64,000 bases of DNA from an uncultured Planctomycetota bacterium (GCA_963841915.1 CAWJEN010000005.1:1184001-1248000), one strand, 5' to 3'; shown: positions 49,560 through 59,793, numbered from the stretch's first letter. The notes: generated from the sequence alone by a model not told the origin. Program-made: numbers and translations.

Positions 49560-51020
49560 TCAGTCGGTTCTGCGATACAGGACGTTGCCGTCGTGCTCAT
49601 AGTCGATGACGAAGCAATTGCCCAGCCAAGTGTCGAAGATCGGGCCGATCCGATCGGGCTTCATGCGACCCAGCATCACCTGCCGAACCCCGGCGGCTTC
49701 TGCGTGATCGACCAGCTCCTGATCAAAGTTGGCTTCGACGTCGATCCGCTTCTTCGAGATCACAGCGAGCCACGGCGGCACCTGGCGGTTGGCGACGAAC
49801 GGGTAGATCGCTAGATCGCTGATCACCGGCTCGCCACCGGCGGCCATGAGACGCACCAACTGCGGGTCAATCTCCTCGCTTTCGTGGAGCAGGCCGGACA
49901 GCAACAGGGCTGCCGCCGACCCGATGCAAATCGCTGCGATACCGGCCCGTCGCATATCGCGTGTCGCTTTGCCCAGGAGTTCGGCGGGCTGCTTGTCGAT
50001 GATACGTTGCCTCAGCAGGTCCCAGAGTCCGACGACGCCGTATCCGCTGAGCCAGGAGAGGACGATGGTGATGAGCACACCGCTGTGGTAGCGGAAAGGG
50101 CGGTGCCAATAGAGGGCAAGCTCCATGAAGCCGAGCAAGATCAGTGCCGGCCAGATGCCTTTCCACTGACGCCGGCGACCGATCACGACACCGGCGACGG
50201 CGAAGACGATCCAGGCGACGCGTCGCGTGTGAAACTTCTGGAAGTAGCGATCCGGACCCCAACCCATGGCATCATTCGAGGCTTGCGTCGCCACGCCAAC
50301 GGCCTGCGACCAGTGGGCAAAGACGCCGGTATGCCAGGCAATCGCGACGGCGATAAGCATCGAGACGCTCAAGACGAGGGATCCCCGAACGATCGCTCGC
50401 GGCGTCGGGTGGCCGAGCACGGCGACGACGCTGATGGCCGCAACCGCAGGCACCACGAGTAGTTTCAGCATGCACGCGATGCCGAGCAACAGTCCGGCGA
50501 GCAGGCTCAGCGAAAGATCCTGCCACAGTCGCGTACAGCGTTTGGCTGTCACGACCAGATCGAGCGAGATGACCACCATGAACTGCGCTGGCAGGCCGAT
50601 CATGACGACCTGCGCGTGATCGATCCAGTGGTTGGAGATGGCAAGGAACGTGAGGGCTACGACAGCCGCCGCGATTTTTCGGCCGTCGTCGACCCCGCTC
50701 ATGCCGTGACGGATGAGCCGCCACAGCGACGCCGTCGCCGCCGCTGCAAGGAGCATGGTCGTCAGTCTGCCGTTGACAAGGCTGAAGCCGACGAGCTCCA
50801 GCCACGCCGTGAGCGAAATTGTGTGCAACGGAACCTGATCACACCAGACATCGACGTACAACGCCCGTCCCTCAGCGAGCGGCACCGCTTTGGCGAACTG
50901 AAACCCTTCATCCGGGTCGAAGAAGGTGGGCAGCCACGGCGGGCTGACCGCGACGACAAATCCCAGCATCACGAACGCGGCGGCGACGCCGTTGCGGATC
51001 GACCAGCCGACGAGCTTCAC
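49560..51020 (-). CDS. ArnT/GT-C-type integral membrane glycosyltransferase
   Basis: DPDEG after TM1, LYVDVWCDQVPL, and multiple TM helices including GIACMLKL. Confidence 0.7.
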   Translation of the reverse strand: MKLVGWSIRNGVAAAFVMLGFVVAVSPPWLPTFFDPDEGFQFAKAVPLAEGRALYVDVWCDQVPLHTISLTAWLELVGFSLVNGRLTTMLLAAAATASLWRLIRHGMSGVDDGRKIAAAVVALTFLAISNHWIDHAQVVMIGLPAQFMVVISLDLVVTAKRCTRLWQDLSLSLLAGLLLGIACMLKLLVVPAVAAISVVAVLGHPTPRAIVRGSLVLSVSMLIAVAIAWHTGVFAHWSQAVGVATQASNDAMGWGPDRYFQKFHTRRVAWIVFAVAGVVIGRRRQWKGIWPALILLGFMELALYWHRPFRYHSGVLITIVLSWLSGYGVVGLWDLLRQRIIDKQPAELLGKATRDMRRAGIAAICIGSAAALLLSGLLHESEEIDPQLVRLMAAGGEPVISDLAIYPFVANRQVPPWLAVISKKRIDVEANFDQELVDHAEAAGVRQVMLGRMKPDRIGPIFDTWLGNCFVIDYEHDGNVLYRRTD

Positions 51021-51964
51021 TTGAGCCTCCGCAACCAGCCGTCAAGGTCTCGCGGCAGAGGCGAATCGAATCGCATCGGGCGGCCGTTGTCGGGATGTTC
51101 GAACGCCAACACGTACGCGTGCAACGCCTGCCGTGGCGGCGGGTCGGGCTCGCCCCGCAGGCCGTACGTCTTGTCGCCGCACACCGGGTGACCCTTTTCG
51201 GCGAGGTGGATGCGGATCTGGTGCGTGCGGCCAGTTTCGAGTTGGCACTCGACGATCGCCCGATTGCCCGCAGCCATGCCGACGGGCTTGACCTGCGTGA
51301 CGGCCCGCTTGGCCGACTTGTCGGCGGTGTCGTGCGGCACTGACCCACGTTTGCCGTCCCCGCGGTCGCGAGCGATAAGGGTGCTGATGGTTTGCGTGTT
51401 CGGCTGGCCATTGTGGACGACGGCCTGGTAGATGCGTTCGAGGTCGTGGGCTTGGAACATCGAGACAAGACTGCGTTCGACGTCGGGCGTTCTGGCAAAG
51501 AGCATCAGCCCGCTGGTGTCGCGGTCGAGGCGGTGGACGGGGAAGATTGTCTTGTCCCGGTCGTGGGGCCGTCGCAGTCGCTTGTCGAGTAGCTCGTCGA
51601 GCGTCGGCTGCCGTTCGCGTCGCTTGGCCGATAACGCGTTCTCGCGTGGCTCGCGTGCGCTGATGAGGCCGGCCGGTTTGTCGACGACGACGATGTGCCG
51701 GTCGCGGAACAGGATGTCGATTTGCTCAGGTTCGGGCGGTTTGGGGGCGGCCTCTTCGAGCAGGTGAACGACGTCGCCGTTCTTGAGCCTGCGGGCGGGA
51801 TCGAGGCAGATGTTGCCGTGAACAGCGACCCTGCGGCCCATGATCCGCAATTCGGCGTCGCCCCAGGAGAGCTTGCGCTGCTTACGGATGAAAGCGGCGA
51901 GGGTGACACCGGCGTCGGAGGCATCGACGTGGAGCGGTTTGCTTGTGCGGTCGGGGCGGGACAC
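51017..51964 (-). CDS. RluA/RluD-family pseudouridine synthase
   Basis: VVDKPAGL, VHRLDRDTSG, LETGRTHQIRIH, GHPVCGD..YG, QALHA. Confidence 0.95.
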   Translation of the reverse strand: MSRPDRTSKPLHVDASDAGVTLAAFIRKQRKLSWGDAELRIMGRRVAVHGNICLDPARRLKNGDVVHLLEEAAPKPPEPEQIDILFRDRHIVVVDKPAGLISAREPRENALSAKRRERQPTLDELLDKRLRRPHDRDKTIFPVHRLDRDTSGLMLFARTPDVERSLVSMFQAHDLERIYQAVVHNGQPNTQTISTLIARDRGDGKRGSVPHDTADKSAKRAVTQVKPVGMAAGNRAIVECQLETGRTHQIRIHLAEKGHPVCGDKTYGLRGEPDPPPRQALHAYVLAFEHPDNGRPMRFDSPLPRDLDGWLRRLK

Positions 51965-52285
51965 GTCGCAGCGTAAGGGGCGGCGGGTCGCCGAAGAAAA
52001 TGTGAGACGGCCTTTGCGTCAAGAGCAGCTGAATCCGACATCTAGCCCGACGTCGATGGATCGATGTCAAGTGGAGACGCGGCCAGGCCGATGCCTGTGC
52101 AGGTCGAACACCGTTTACCCCTCGCATCGTTGCGACGGGCGGTGATCGGCCTCCCGGTGAGGCGCGTCCCCCAGGTTCTTGTGCGAGCTCCGCACCGCAA
52201 GAACCGGCGGCGACGGCAAGGAAGCCCACCGCCCGCCACGCCCCGCACCGTATCGGACCACCGCGTCCACAAAGGAACACCCGCT

Positions 52286-52816
52286 ATGCGTCACAACAAC
52301 ACGCTCTCCGCTCGTACCCGTCGCTCCGTCGCTCGTGGTTTCACGCTTGTCGAAATCCTGATCGTCGTGATCATCCTCGGCATCTTGGCCGCCATCGTCA
52401 TTCCGCAGTTCACGTCAGCATCAGAAGATGCCCGCAAGAACAGCGTCACCAGCCAGCTGCAGACCATTCGCAGCCAGGTCGAGCTTTACAAGCTTCAGCA
52501 CCGCGACCAGTTCCCGACCTCCGACGGTGCCGTCGGTAGCGCCTGGGACTGGAGCAAGCTGACGACCAAGACGAGTGCTGATGGCACCGCCGGTGGCAGC
52601 TTCGGCCCGTACCTGCAGGCCGTCCCGGTCAATGGTCTCAACGGCAACAGCGACATGGAGCTCGCCGCCGTAGCCGGTGCCGGCTTTGTGGTCGATGCCA
52701 ACGGCAAGATCTTCGCAACCGGCAAGGTCGACACCACGTACTACGACGAGGCCGACCGCGACGGTGACGGCGTCACCGACGAGGATGCAGCGACGGTCGG
52801 CTTCACCAGCCACTGA
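52286..52816 (+). CDS. Type IV pilin / GspG-like major pilin
   Basis: RG^FTLVEILIVVIILGILAAIVIPQF...ELYKLQH...GPYL; AAGGA RBS. Confidence 0.88.
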   Translation: MRHNNTLSARTRRSVARGFTLVEILIVVIILGILAAIVIPQFTSASEDARKNSVTSQLQTIRSQVELYKLQHRDQFPTSDGAVGSAWDWSKLTTKTSADGTAGGSFGPYLQAVPVNGLNGNSDMELAAVAGAGFVVDANGKIFATGKVDTTYYDEADRDGDGVTDEDAATVGFTSH

Positions 52817-52928
52817 TCCTGAACCGCCTCTGAACCTTCTTTCCCGGCGGCCGGCCCAACAGCCGTCCGCCGGTTTCTCATGCGACGACCCGTCACGCCA
52901 CGTCGCACCTCTACTAGCGGAGCCCGTC

Positions 52929-53261
52929 ATGTCTCAGCCCACCGAAACGAACAAGACGCTCAAGGCCGTCATCGCCTTGCAAGCCCTGACGCTCGTTGCC
53001 GTCCTCGCCGCCCAACCCAACGCCTCAACCGCTCAAGCCGGCTTCGGCGACCGTGACCGTGCCCAGCCCGTGCTCCCCAACTCGGCGGCGCAGCGGAACG
53101 AAATGATCCGACTGCTCGCCCTCCAGGTCGAGAGCAACAAGACCGCTTCGAAGGAGCTCGGCAGTCGGTTCGACAAACTCGACAAGCAACTCGGTGACAT
53201 CGCCTCAACCTTGGGCGCTATCGAGGCCAAGCTGCCGGACCCGGTGGAGGATCGGCCATGA
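52929..53261 (+). CDS. Small exported coiled-coil hypothetical protein
   Basis: Hydrophobic N-terminus, PNSAAQRNEMI and heptad-like C-terminus; overlaps the next start (ATGA). Confidence 0.6.
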   Translation: MSQPTETNKTLKAVIALQALTLVAVLAAQPNASTAQAGFGDRDRAQPVLPNSAAQRNEMIRLLALQVESNKTASKELGSRFDKLDKQLGDIASTLGAIEAKLPDPVEDRP

Positions 53262-53779
53262 GCCGTCGCACACGAAGCGGCTTCACGCTCATCGAGATTC
53301 TGATGGTCGTGGCCGTCCTCGGCATCGTCGGGGTCACCGCAGTCGCTTATGTCGGAGGCCGTGACGACCTGAAGGTTGCCAGCGCGGCCAGGCGACTCGT
53401 CAGCGGCCTGCAGTTCGCCCAGAACCTCGCCATTGCCCGTCGCGTCCCGCACTATGTCGTCGACAAGAATGACTGGATCGCCGTCTACACCCGCGACGGT
53501 GCCACATGGGTGCCGGTCGAGCACCCGGCCGGTGGCGGCCTCATCGGTGTCGACATCTCAGGTAAAGAAGGCGTAACGCGGCACGACAGCACCTTCGACG
53601 GCTTGCCCGTGCTCGGCTTCGACGCGACCGGTCAACCGTTCAAGGCAGGGATCACCGGCAGCCCGCAGAATCCGCTAGCCGACCAGGCCGACTGCGAGCT
53701 CAAAAGCGGGAACCACATCGTCCGCGTCATGGTCGAACCGGTGACGGGTGAGGTGACCATCAAGGTGGTCAATCCGTAG
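53258..53779 (+). CDS. Minor pilin / pseudopilin (GspH/FimT-like)
   Basis: SG^FTLIEILMVVAVLGIV, A..LVSGLQFAQ..AI, LGFDATG, VEPVTG. Confidence 0.82.
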   Translation: MSRRTRSGFTLIEILMVVAVLGIVGVTAVAYVGGRDDLKVASAARRLVSGLQFAQNLAIARRVPHYVVDKNDWIAVYTRDGATWVPVEHPAGGGLIGVDISGKEGVTRHDSTFDGLPVLGFDATGQPFKAGITGSPQNPLADQADCELKSGNHIVRVMVEPVTGEVTIKVVNP

Positions 53780-53803
53780 CTTCGGGCTCAATGAAGAAGT
53801 CGT

Positions 53804-54709
53804 TCAGGTGGCCAGCAGCACGGCCACGCCTGCCACGGCGACGACGGCTCCGAAGATTGCTCGCAGCGTGACGCGGTCTCCGGACCACGCGGCCAGCGGC
53901 AGAATCCAGACCGGTGTCGTGCTGAGCAAGGCCTGAGCAGGACCTGTGTCGGCTCGGTCGAAGGCGACCTGCTGCAACCAGATGCCGCCGAACGTGCCGA
54001 GCAATGCCGCCACGCCGGCGACGAGCCAGGCCGTTTTCGGTGCCTTTCCGGCCCGCTTCCAGTCACCGACAATGAGGGCCATCGGCACAAGGATCAGCGT
54101 CGCACAGCCGAGTCGCCAGAATGCGGTGGCCAGCGGATCGAGTTCGCTCTGCAGCAGGGCGGCGCGGTTGAGCAAAGCGCCGGTCGCCTGTCCGAGAGCG
54201 GCAAGAAGTCCGAAGACGATGCCAAGCCCGTAGCCGGCGATCTTGGGCGTCTTGTCCTGCGTCGGCCGCTCGGCGATGACCCACATCACCCCGGCGACGG
54301 TCAGGCCGATTCCGACGAAGCCGTACAGGCCGACGGTCTCATTCAAAAACGCGATGCCGCCGAACGTGGTGATCGGAACCGCCAGCAGGCTCATGAGCGC
54401 AACCCGCCTTGGCCCGATGCGGTTGACGCCTGCGAAATAGCACGAGTCACCGAGGCTGATGCCGATGATGCCGCTTAGGGCCAGGACAACGAGCACCCAA
54501 TGCGGCTCGCCGATGATGCGGGCAAAAAAGCTTGCGTCACCGAGTGCAAGGACGCCGCCGAAGAGCAATGTGACGGCAACGCCCTTGGCCGCATTGAGCG
54601 CGATCGGCGGGATGGTTCGACCGGCAGACGCGTACAGGACCGTCGCGACCGCCCAAAGCGCCGCGGCGGACGTGGCGGCAAGGAGGCCGATGGTCGTGGC
54701 GTCGATCAA
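53804..54709 (-). CDS. DMT/EamA family transporter
   Basis: About 10 TM helices; GIIGISLGD, FLNE. Confidence 0.85.
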   Translation of the reverse strand: MIDATTIGLLAATSAAALWAVATVLYASAGRTIPPIALNAAKGVAVTLLFGGVLALGDASFFARIIGEPHWVLVVLALSGIIGISLGDSCYFAGVNRIGPRRVALMSLLAVPITTFGGIAFLNETVGLYGFVGIGLTVAGVMWVIAERPTQDKTPKIAGYGLGIVFGLLAALGQATGALLNRAALLQSELDPLATAFWRLGCATLILVPMALIVGDWKRAGKAPKTAWLVAGVAALLGTFGGIWLQQVAFDRADTGPAQALLSTTPVWILPLAAWSGDRVTLRAIFGAVVAVAGVAVLLAT

Positions 54710-54730
54710 GTCGCCAGACTACGGCAACCT

Positions 54731-55084
54731 TCAGGCGGCGAGACGCTGCTCAGCCGCTTGGGCGACATCGGCCAGAACGTTATCGAGTCGCCTGGCCAAA
54801 TCTGGCATGGCCGGATGCCTTTGCTTGCAGGTCGCCTCTAACGCTCGGGCAAGGGTCAGCAGTTCATCGACGTGCATCATTCCGGCCGCCCCCGCGATGA
54901 CGTGAGCGATTTTGGCCGTTCCCGCCGCGTCCTCGTTCTCGAGCGATCGCTGCAGCAATTGGCGACGCTTGGGTGTTTCATCGACGAAAATCGTCAGCAT
55001 GATCCGCAGCACCCCTTCGTCGCCGAAGCATGAGGCCTGTAGTGCCTTGTCGAACATCGAAGCAGTAGCAGTATCGGTCGGCAT
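54731..55084 (-). CDS. Hpt (histidine phosphotransfer) domain protein
   Basis: GDEGVLRIMLTIFV...AHVIAGAAGMM...ARALE. Confidence 0.75.
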   Translation of the reverse strand: MPTDTATASMFDKALQASCFGDEGVLRIMLTIFVDETPKRRQLLQRSLENEDAAGTAKIAHVIAGAAGMMHVDELLTLARALEATCKQRHPAMPDLARRLDNVLADVAQAAEQRLAA

Positions 55085-55088
55085 GAAG

Positions 55089-55529
55089 TTACTTGCAGAC
55101 GATGCCAGGAGCAGGTGCGTCATCGACGTGCTCTGCGAGGCGTTGCCCGTCCTTGATCGGCGGAATTGCACAGGCAGCGTCGATACGGCTTAGCAGGCGC
55201 TCGATGGAAAAGGTTGATTTCAGCACGTACGCGCTGATGCCGAGCTTCTGTGCCAGAAGGATCTGCGGCTTGTCGTTGGCTGCGGTGAGCATCACCACCG
55301 GCAGGTCGGCAAGAGGCGTGCTCGCCCGAACGTGCCTGAGCAGGTCGAGCCCTGACATGTTCGGCATCGTGATATCGAGAAGCAGGATGTCGAAGGTTTC
55401 GGCATCGAGTGCCAGGACGGCTTCGACGCCACCGGCGGCCGTGGTGACGGCGTGGCCTTGCTTGGTCAACGCTAGCGACAGCGGGTCACGGACGATGGCT
55501 TCGTCGTCAACTAGGAGTAGCTTCGCCAT
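55089..55529 (-). CDS. Single-domain response regulator (CheY-like)
   Basis: LLLVDDE, DILLLDITMPNMSG, VVMLTA, AYVLKS. Confidence 0.9.
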   Translation of the reverse strand: MAKLLLVDDEAIVRDPLSLALTKQGHAVTTAAGGVEAVLALDAETFDILLLDITMPNMSGLDLLRHVRASTPLADLPVVMLTAANDKPQILLAQKLGISAYVLKSTFSIERLLSRIDAACAIPPIKDGQRLAEHVDDAPAPGIVCK

Positions 55530-55716
55530 AAGATCAGCGGGAGAAGTCTCCCCCGGCGTGCATCGACCCAAGCAGAGCAATGGGCATGGCCGAAGCAAAG
55601 TTTGCAAGCTATCGGTCCTAGGCGGTCAAGGCGTAGCAGCAACAACCGTCCTACCGTGCCGCCCGGCGGGGCGGCGTGTTGCCGCGACCCGCCGCCGCTG
55701 TTTGCCGCTTACTCCT

Positions 55717-57126
55717 ATGTCCGACAAGGCCAATCATCCGCCTCTGCCTGAGGCTTTTAAACAACTCGGCGTCGATATCGACGTACTTCGCGGCCTGGCC
55801 GACGCAGGTTACGAAAAGCCCAGCGAGATTCAGGGCCTCATGATCCCGCCGGCCCTCGATGGTCACGACATCCTCGGTCAGGCACGCACCGGCACCGGTA
55901 AGACGGCTGCATTCGGGATCCCGATGCTTTGCGAGGCCGTCCACGGCTACGCGACGCAAGGCATCATCCTCGTGCCGACGCGCGAGCTGGCGGTCCAGGT
56001 TGAGGCCGAGCTGACCATGCTCGCCAAACACACCAAGATCCGCATCGCCTGCTGCTACGGCGGTGACAAGATCGCCAAGCAGATGCAGGCGCTGAAGCAC
56101 AACCCGGAGATCGTCGTCGGCACGCCCGGCCGCATGATCGACCTCATGGAGCGCCGCGTGCTCGACTTCTGCAACATGCGGTTCCTCGTCCTCGACGAGG
56201 TCGATCGCATGCTCGACATCGGCTTCCGCGACGACATCAAGCAGATCCTCAAGCTTGTCAACGACGGGCTCGACATCCGCAACCGCGTCCGCGAGGTCTA
56301 CGGCGTCAAGTTCCAGAACGACTACGCCGACGCTGGTGACGCCGATGGCGTGCCCGAGCTGCCCGATGACGAGCTGCAGACGATGTTCGTCAGCGCGACT
56401 CTGTCAGGCGAAATCGAAAAGCTCGCCCGCTCCTACATGCGGAACGACGACGTCAAAAAGCTCGTCGCCACCGGCGCCGACGAGTCGCCGACGGTCGAGC
56501 TGGTCGAGCAGTGCTACCTGCCGATTCACCCAAAGAGCAAAGGCGACCTCATGGTCGCACTGCTTGAGCAGGAGAAACCGGAATTGGCCATCGTCTTCAC
56601 GCGGACCAAGCGCGGCGCCGAGAAGTTGACCAAGCGTCTGACGTCGGCCGGCGTCGACGTGCAGGAGATTCACGGCAACCTGAATCAATCCAAGCGCGAA
56701 AAGGTCATGAAGGGTTTCCGTGACAAGAAGTTCGACGTGCTGGTCGCGACCGACCTTGCCAGCCGCGGGATCGACGTTCGCGGTGTCTCTCACATCATCA
56801 ATTACGATGTGCCTGAGGACGCCGAGGCCTACGTCCACCGTATCGGCCGCACAGCCCGCATGGGCACCGAGGGCAAGGCCTTCACGTTCGTCACGCCCGA
56901 GCAGGGCCAGGAGCTGACGCGGATCGAAATGCTCATCAACATGGAGATTCCGCGTGGCCACATCGAAGGTTTTGACGGCGGCAACAAGGAAGTCACGCGG
57001 GCCAGTCAGGACGAAGTGATCGCCGCTGACGCGTCGAAGCAGAGCGGAGCTGAAGAAGGCATCAAGTCGGACGGCCCGCCGCGTCGCCGTCGCAACGTCG
57101 GCAAAAGCCCGTCGCGTCGTCGGTAG
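55717..57126 (+). CDS. DEAD/DEAH-box RNA helicase (DEVD variant)
   Basis: Q motif PSEIQ, ARTGTGKT, PTRELA, TPGR, DEVD, SAT, SRGIDV, HRIGRTAR. Confidence 0.95.
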   Translation: MSDKANHPPLPEAFKQLGVDIDVLRGLADAGYEKPSEIQGLMIPPALDGHDILGQARTGTGKTAAFGIPMLCEAVHGYATQGIILVPTRELAVQVEAELTMLAKHTKIRIACCYGGDKIAKQMQALKHNPEIVVGTPGRMIDLMERRVLDFCNMRFLVLDEVDRMLDIGFRDDIKQILKLVNDGLDIRNRVREVYGVKFQNDYADAGDADGVPELPDDELQTMFVSATLSGEIEKLARSYMRNDDVKKLVATGADESPTVELVEQCYLPIHPKSKGDLMVALLEQEKPELAIVFTRTKRGAEKLTKRLTSAGVDVQEIHGNLNQSKREKVMKGFRDKKFDVLVATDLASRGIDVRGVSHIINYDVPEDAEAYVHRIGRTARMGTEGKAFTFVTPEQGQELTRIEMLINMEIPRGHIEGFDGGNKEVTRASQDEVIAADASKQSGAEEGIKSDGPPRRRRNVGKSPSRRR

Positions 57127-57199
57127 CACGCCCTTTCAGAATGAGTCGCCGCTGCAACACTTGCGGTGCTCGTGGCGTATAGTGACTAGGAGATCCATC

Positions 57200-57583
57200 A
57201 TGAGCGACACCGCCACCCTCGACCGTACCTCTACCGAAGCCTCGCCCATCGGCCTGACCGCGTCGGCCGCGGATGAAATCCGCGAATACATCAAGGATCA
57301 GGAGCTCGACGAGAGCAAGACCTACCTGCGTGTCGGCGTCAAAGGTGGCGGCTGCAGCGGCTTCCAGTACACGCTCGACCTCGTCGAACTCGACGACGGC
57401 CCCGAAGAAGGCGAAGAATCGTTCGAGACGCAGAACCTGCGCATCGTCGCCGACGAGCGGAGCCTGCTCTACCTCGAAGGCGTCGAGATCGGCTTCCACG
57501 GCGAAGGCCTGCACACCGGCTTTGTCTTCAAGAATCCCAACGCCAGCAGCACCTGCGGCTGCGGCAGCAGCTTCACCGTCTGA
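57200..57583 (+). CDS. A-type Fe-S carrier (HesB/IscA/SufA family)
   Basis: LRVGVKGGGCSGFQY, NPNASSTCGCGSSF; AGGAG RBS. Confidence 0.95.
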   Translation: MSDTATLDRTSTEASPIGLTASAADEIREYIKDQELDESKTYLRVGVKGGGCSGFQYTLDLVELDDGPEEGEESFETQNLRIVADERSLLYLEGVEIGFHGEGLHTGFVFKNPNASSTCGCGSSFTV

Positions 57584-57612
57584 GGCGATCGAGCCTCGGC
57601 GGTACCCGCTTT

Positions 57613-57642
57613 CGACGCCCCGGCCCATCAGCCGGGGCGTCG
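57613..57642 (+). terminator. Strong hairpin between iscA/sufA and sufB (terminator or stability element)
   Basis: CGACGCCCCGGC-CCATCA-GCCGGGGCGTCG followed by TCTGTTAT. Confidence 0.6.
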
Positions 57643-57728
57643 TCTGTTATCTGCGACAGTTCAGGTGAAAGCAGGCTTTTGTTCGGCCGCATCAGCGCCG
57701 TCTGGACCTCGGCCGCATAGTGTCCCGC

Positions 57729-59231
57729 GTGCCGACGACTGACCAGGAAATTGAGCAACTCGCCAACCGCGAGTACAAGTACGGCTTTGTCAGCGACATC
57801 GAAGCCGACGAGGCACCCATCGGCCTGACCGAAGATACCGTCCGCTTCATCAGCGCCAAGAAAGAAGAGCCCGAATGGCTCCTCGAATGGCGGCTGCGGG
57901 CATTTCGCGTCTGGCAGGAGATGGAAGAGCCGCACCACTGGGGCAAGCTCCACTACGACCCCATCGACTATCAGGCGACCCGCTACTACTCGGCCCCCAA
58001 GAAGGCCAAGTACAAGAGCCTCGATGAGGTCGACCCCGAACTGCTGGCCGTCTACGACAAACTCGGCATCCCGCTGAGCGAGCGCAAGGCGCTGCTCGGC
58101 GTGGAAGACGCGGCCGAAACTGACGGCGACGATGTGATCAATGAGATGACGAAGCGCGGCGTCGCCGTCGATGCTGTCTTCGACTCGGTCAGCGTCAAGA
58201 CGACCTTCCAGGAAGAGCTCAAGAAGGTCGGCGTGCTGTTCATGTCCTTCGGTGAAGCAGCCCGGGAGCATCCTGAGCTCGTCAAGCAGTATCTCGGCAG
58301 CGTTGTGCCGTACCGGGACAACTACTACGCGACGCTCAACAGTGCCGTCTTCACCGACGGGTCGTTCGTCTACATCCCCAAGGGCGTCGATTGCCCGATG
58401 GAGCTGTCGACCTACTTCCGCATCAATGCCCAGAACACCGGCCAGTTCGAGCGCACGCTCATCATCGCCGACGAGGGGGCGAAGGTCAGCTACCTCGAAG
58501 GCTGCACCGCCCCGATGCGCGACGAGAACCAGCTGCACGCGGCCGTCGTCGAGCTGATCGCCCTCAAGGGGGCCGACATCAAGTACAGCACCGTTCAGAA
58601 CTGGTACCCCGGCGACGAGAACGGCAAGGGCGGCATCTACAACTTCGTCACCAAGCGTGGCAAAGCCGCCGAAAATGCCAAGATCAGCTGGACCCAGGTC
58701 GAGACCGGCAGCGCGATCACCTGGAAGTACCCCAGCGTCATCCTGCAGGGCGACAACAGCCAGGGCGAGTTCTTCAGCGTGGCCGTGTCGAACAAGCGAC
58801 AGATTGCCGACACCGGCACGAAGATGATCCACATCGGCAAGAACACCAAGTCGACGATCATTTCCAAGGGCATCAGCGCCGGCCGCGGCAACAACACCTA
58901 CCGCGGCCTCGTCCAGGTGAACAAGGGTGCTGAGAACGCCCGCAACTTCACCCAGTGCGACAGCCTCCTGCTCGGCGACCAGTGCGGCGCCCACACCGAG
59001 CCGTACATCGACGTCCGCAACCCGACGGCCAAGGTCGAGCACGAGGCCAGCACGAGCAAGATCGGCGAAGAACAGCTCTTCTACTGCGCCAGCCGCGGCA
59101 TCGAGCTCGATGACGCGGTCAACATGATCGTCAACGGCTTCTGCAAGGAAGTCTTTGCCGAGCTCCCGATGGAGTTCGCCGTGGAGGCGAAGGCGCTATT
59201 GGAGGTGTCGCTGGAAGGCTCGGTGGGTTAG
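57729..59231 (+). CDS. sufB: Fe-S cluster assembly protein SufB
   Basis: [56 protein letters not shown]. Confidence 0.97.
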   Translation: MPTTDQEIEQLANREYKYGFVSDIEADEAPIGLTEDTVRFISAKKEEPEWLLEWRLRAFRVWQEMEEPHHWGKLHYDPIDYQATRYYSAPKKAKYKSLDEVDPELLAVYDKLGIPLSERKALLGVEDAAETDGDDVINEMTKRGVAVDAVFDSVSVKTTFQEELKKVGVLFMSFGEAAREHPELVKQYLGSVVPYRDNYYATLNSAVFTDGSFVYIPKGVDCPMELSTYFRINAQNTGQFERTLIIADEGAKVSYLEGCTAPMRDENQLHAAVVELIALKGADIKYSTVQNWYPGDENGKGGIYNFVTKRGKAAENAKISWTQVETGSAITWKYPSVILQGDNSQGEFFSVAVSNKRQIADTGTKMIHIGKNTKSTIISKGISAGRGNNTYRGLVQVNKGAENARNFTQCDSLLLGDQCGAHTEPYIDVRNPTAKVEHEASTSKIGEEQLFYCASRGIELDDAVNMIVNGFCKEVFAELPMEFAVEAKALLEVSLEGSVG

Positions 59232-59232
59232 A

Positions 59233-59436
59233 GTGCCACGAAAGATTCGCGAACTGAAACGCGACCTCCTTGGCGCTGGCTTCAAGCTCGAAGGTGGTCG
59301 CGGCAAGGGCAGCCACGCGGTCTACAGCCACCCGAGGGTGAAGCGGAAAGCGACCATCTCGGGCAAAGACGGAGACGACGCTTCGGCTTACCAGGAGAAG
59401 CACGTCAGAGAAAAGATCAAGGAGTCCCAGCAATGA
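59233..59436 (+). CDS. hicA: HicA-family toxin
   Basis: PRKIRELKRDLLGAGF...GKGSH..Y.HP...ATISG..GDDA..YQEK. Confidence 0.88.
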   Translation: MPRKIRELKRDLLGAGFKLEGGRGKGSHAVYSHPRVKRKATISGKDGDDASAYQEKHVREKIKESQQ

Positions 59437-59793
59437 ATGACGAACATCTTCCCGACCCGAAGCGGGAACATCGCTATAGCCTGATGATCAATTGGTCGGA
59501 TACGAACAACGCGTTCCTCGTCTCGATCCCGGAGTTGCACGCCCGCACCCACGGCAACACGCTGCACGAGGCGATTGAGATGGCGAAGGACTTGATCGAG
59601 TGTCAGTGCAGGAGCCTGCGGTCTCGATCCGCTTCCAGAGCCACTGCTGTTCCGACCGCACGAACTTGCCGATCCGTTCAAGCGGGAATGGTTTCAAGAG
59701 TCGCTCGACAGATCGGGGCGGTGGTCAGATGAGCGAGAGGTGAACGGAGAACCAGTTCCGACAAAGGTCAAGAAAGAGGCCGCTGCTGCCTGA
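59433..59793 (+). CDS. hicB: HicB-family antitoxin, +1 frameshift near 59605-59615
   Basis: YSLMINWSD..NAFLVSIPEL..RTHGNTLHEAIEMAKDLIE. The +1 frame continues with GLDPLPEP and stops at TGA 59793. ATGA overlap with hicA. Confidence 0.8.

Noticed and set aside
55093..55716. 208-aa N-terminal extension of the DEAD-box helicase in the ORF track
   Set aside because: It is antisense to the response regulator gene; helicase similarity starts at ATG 55717.
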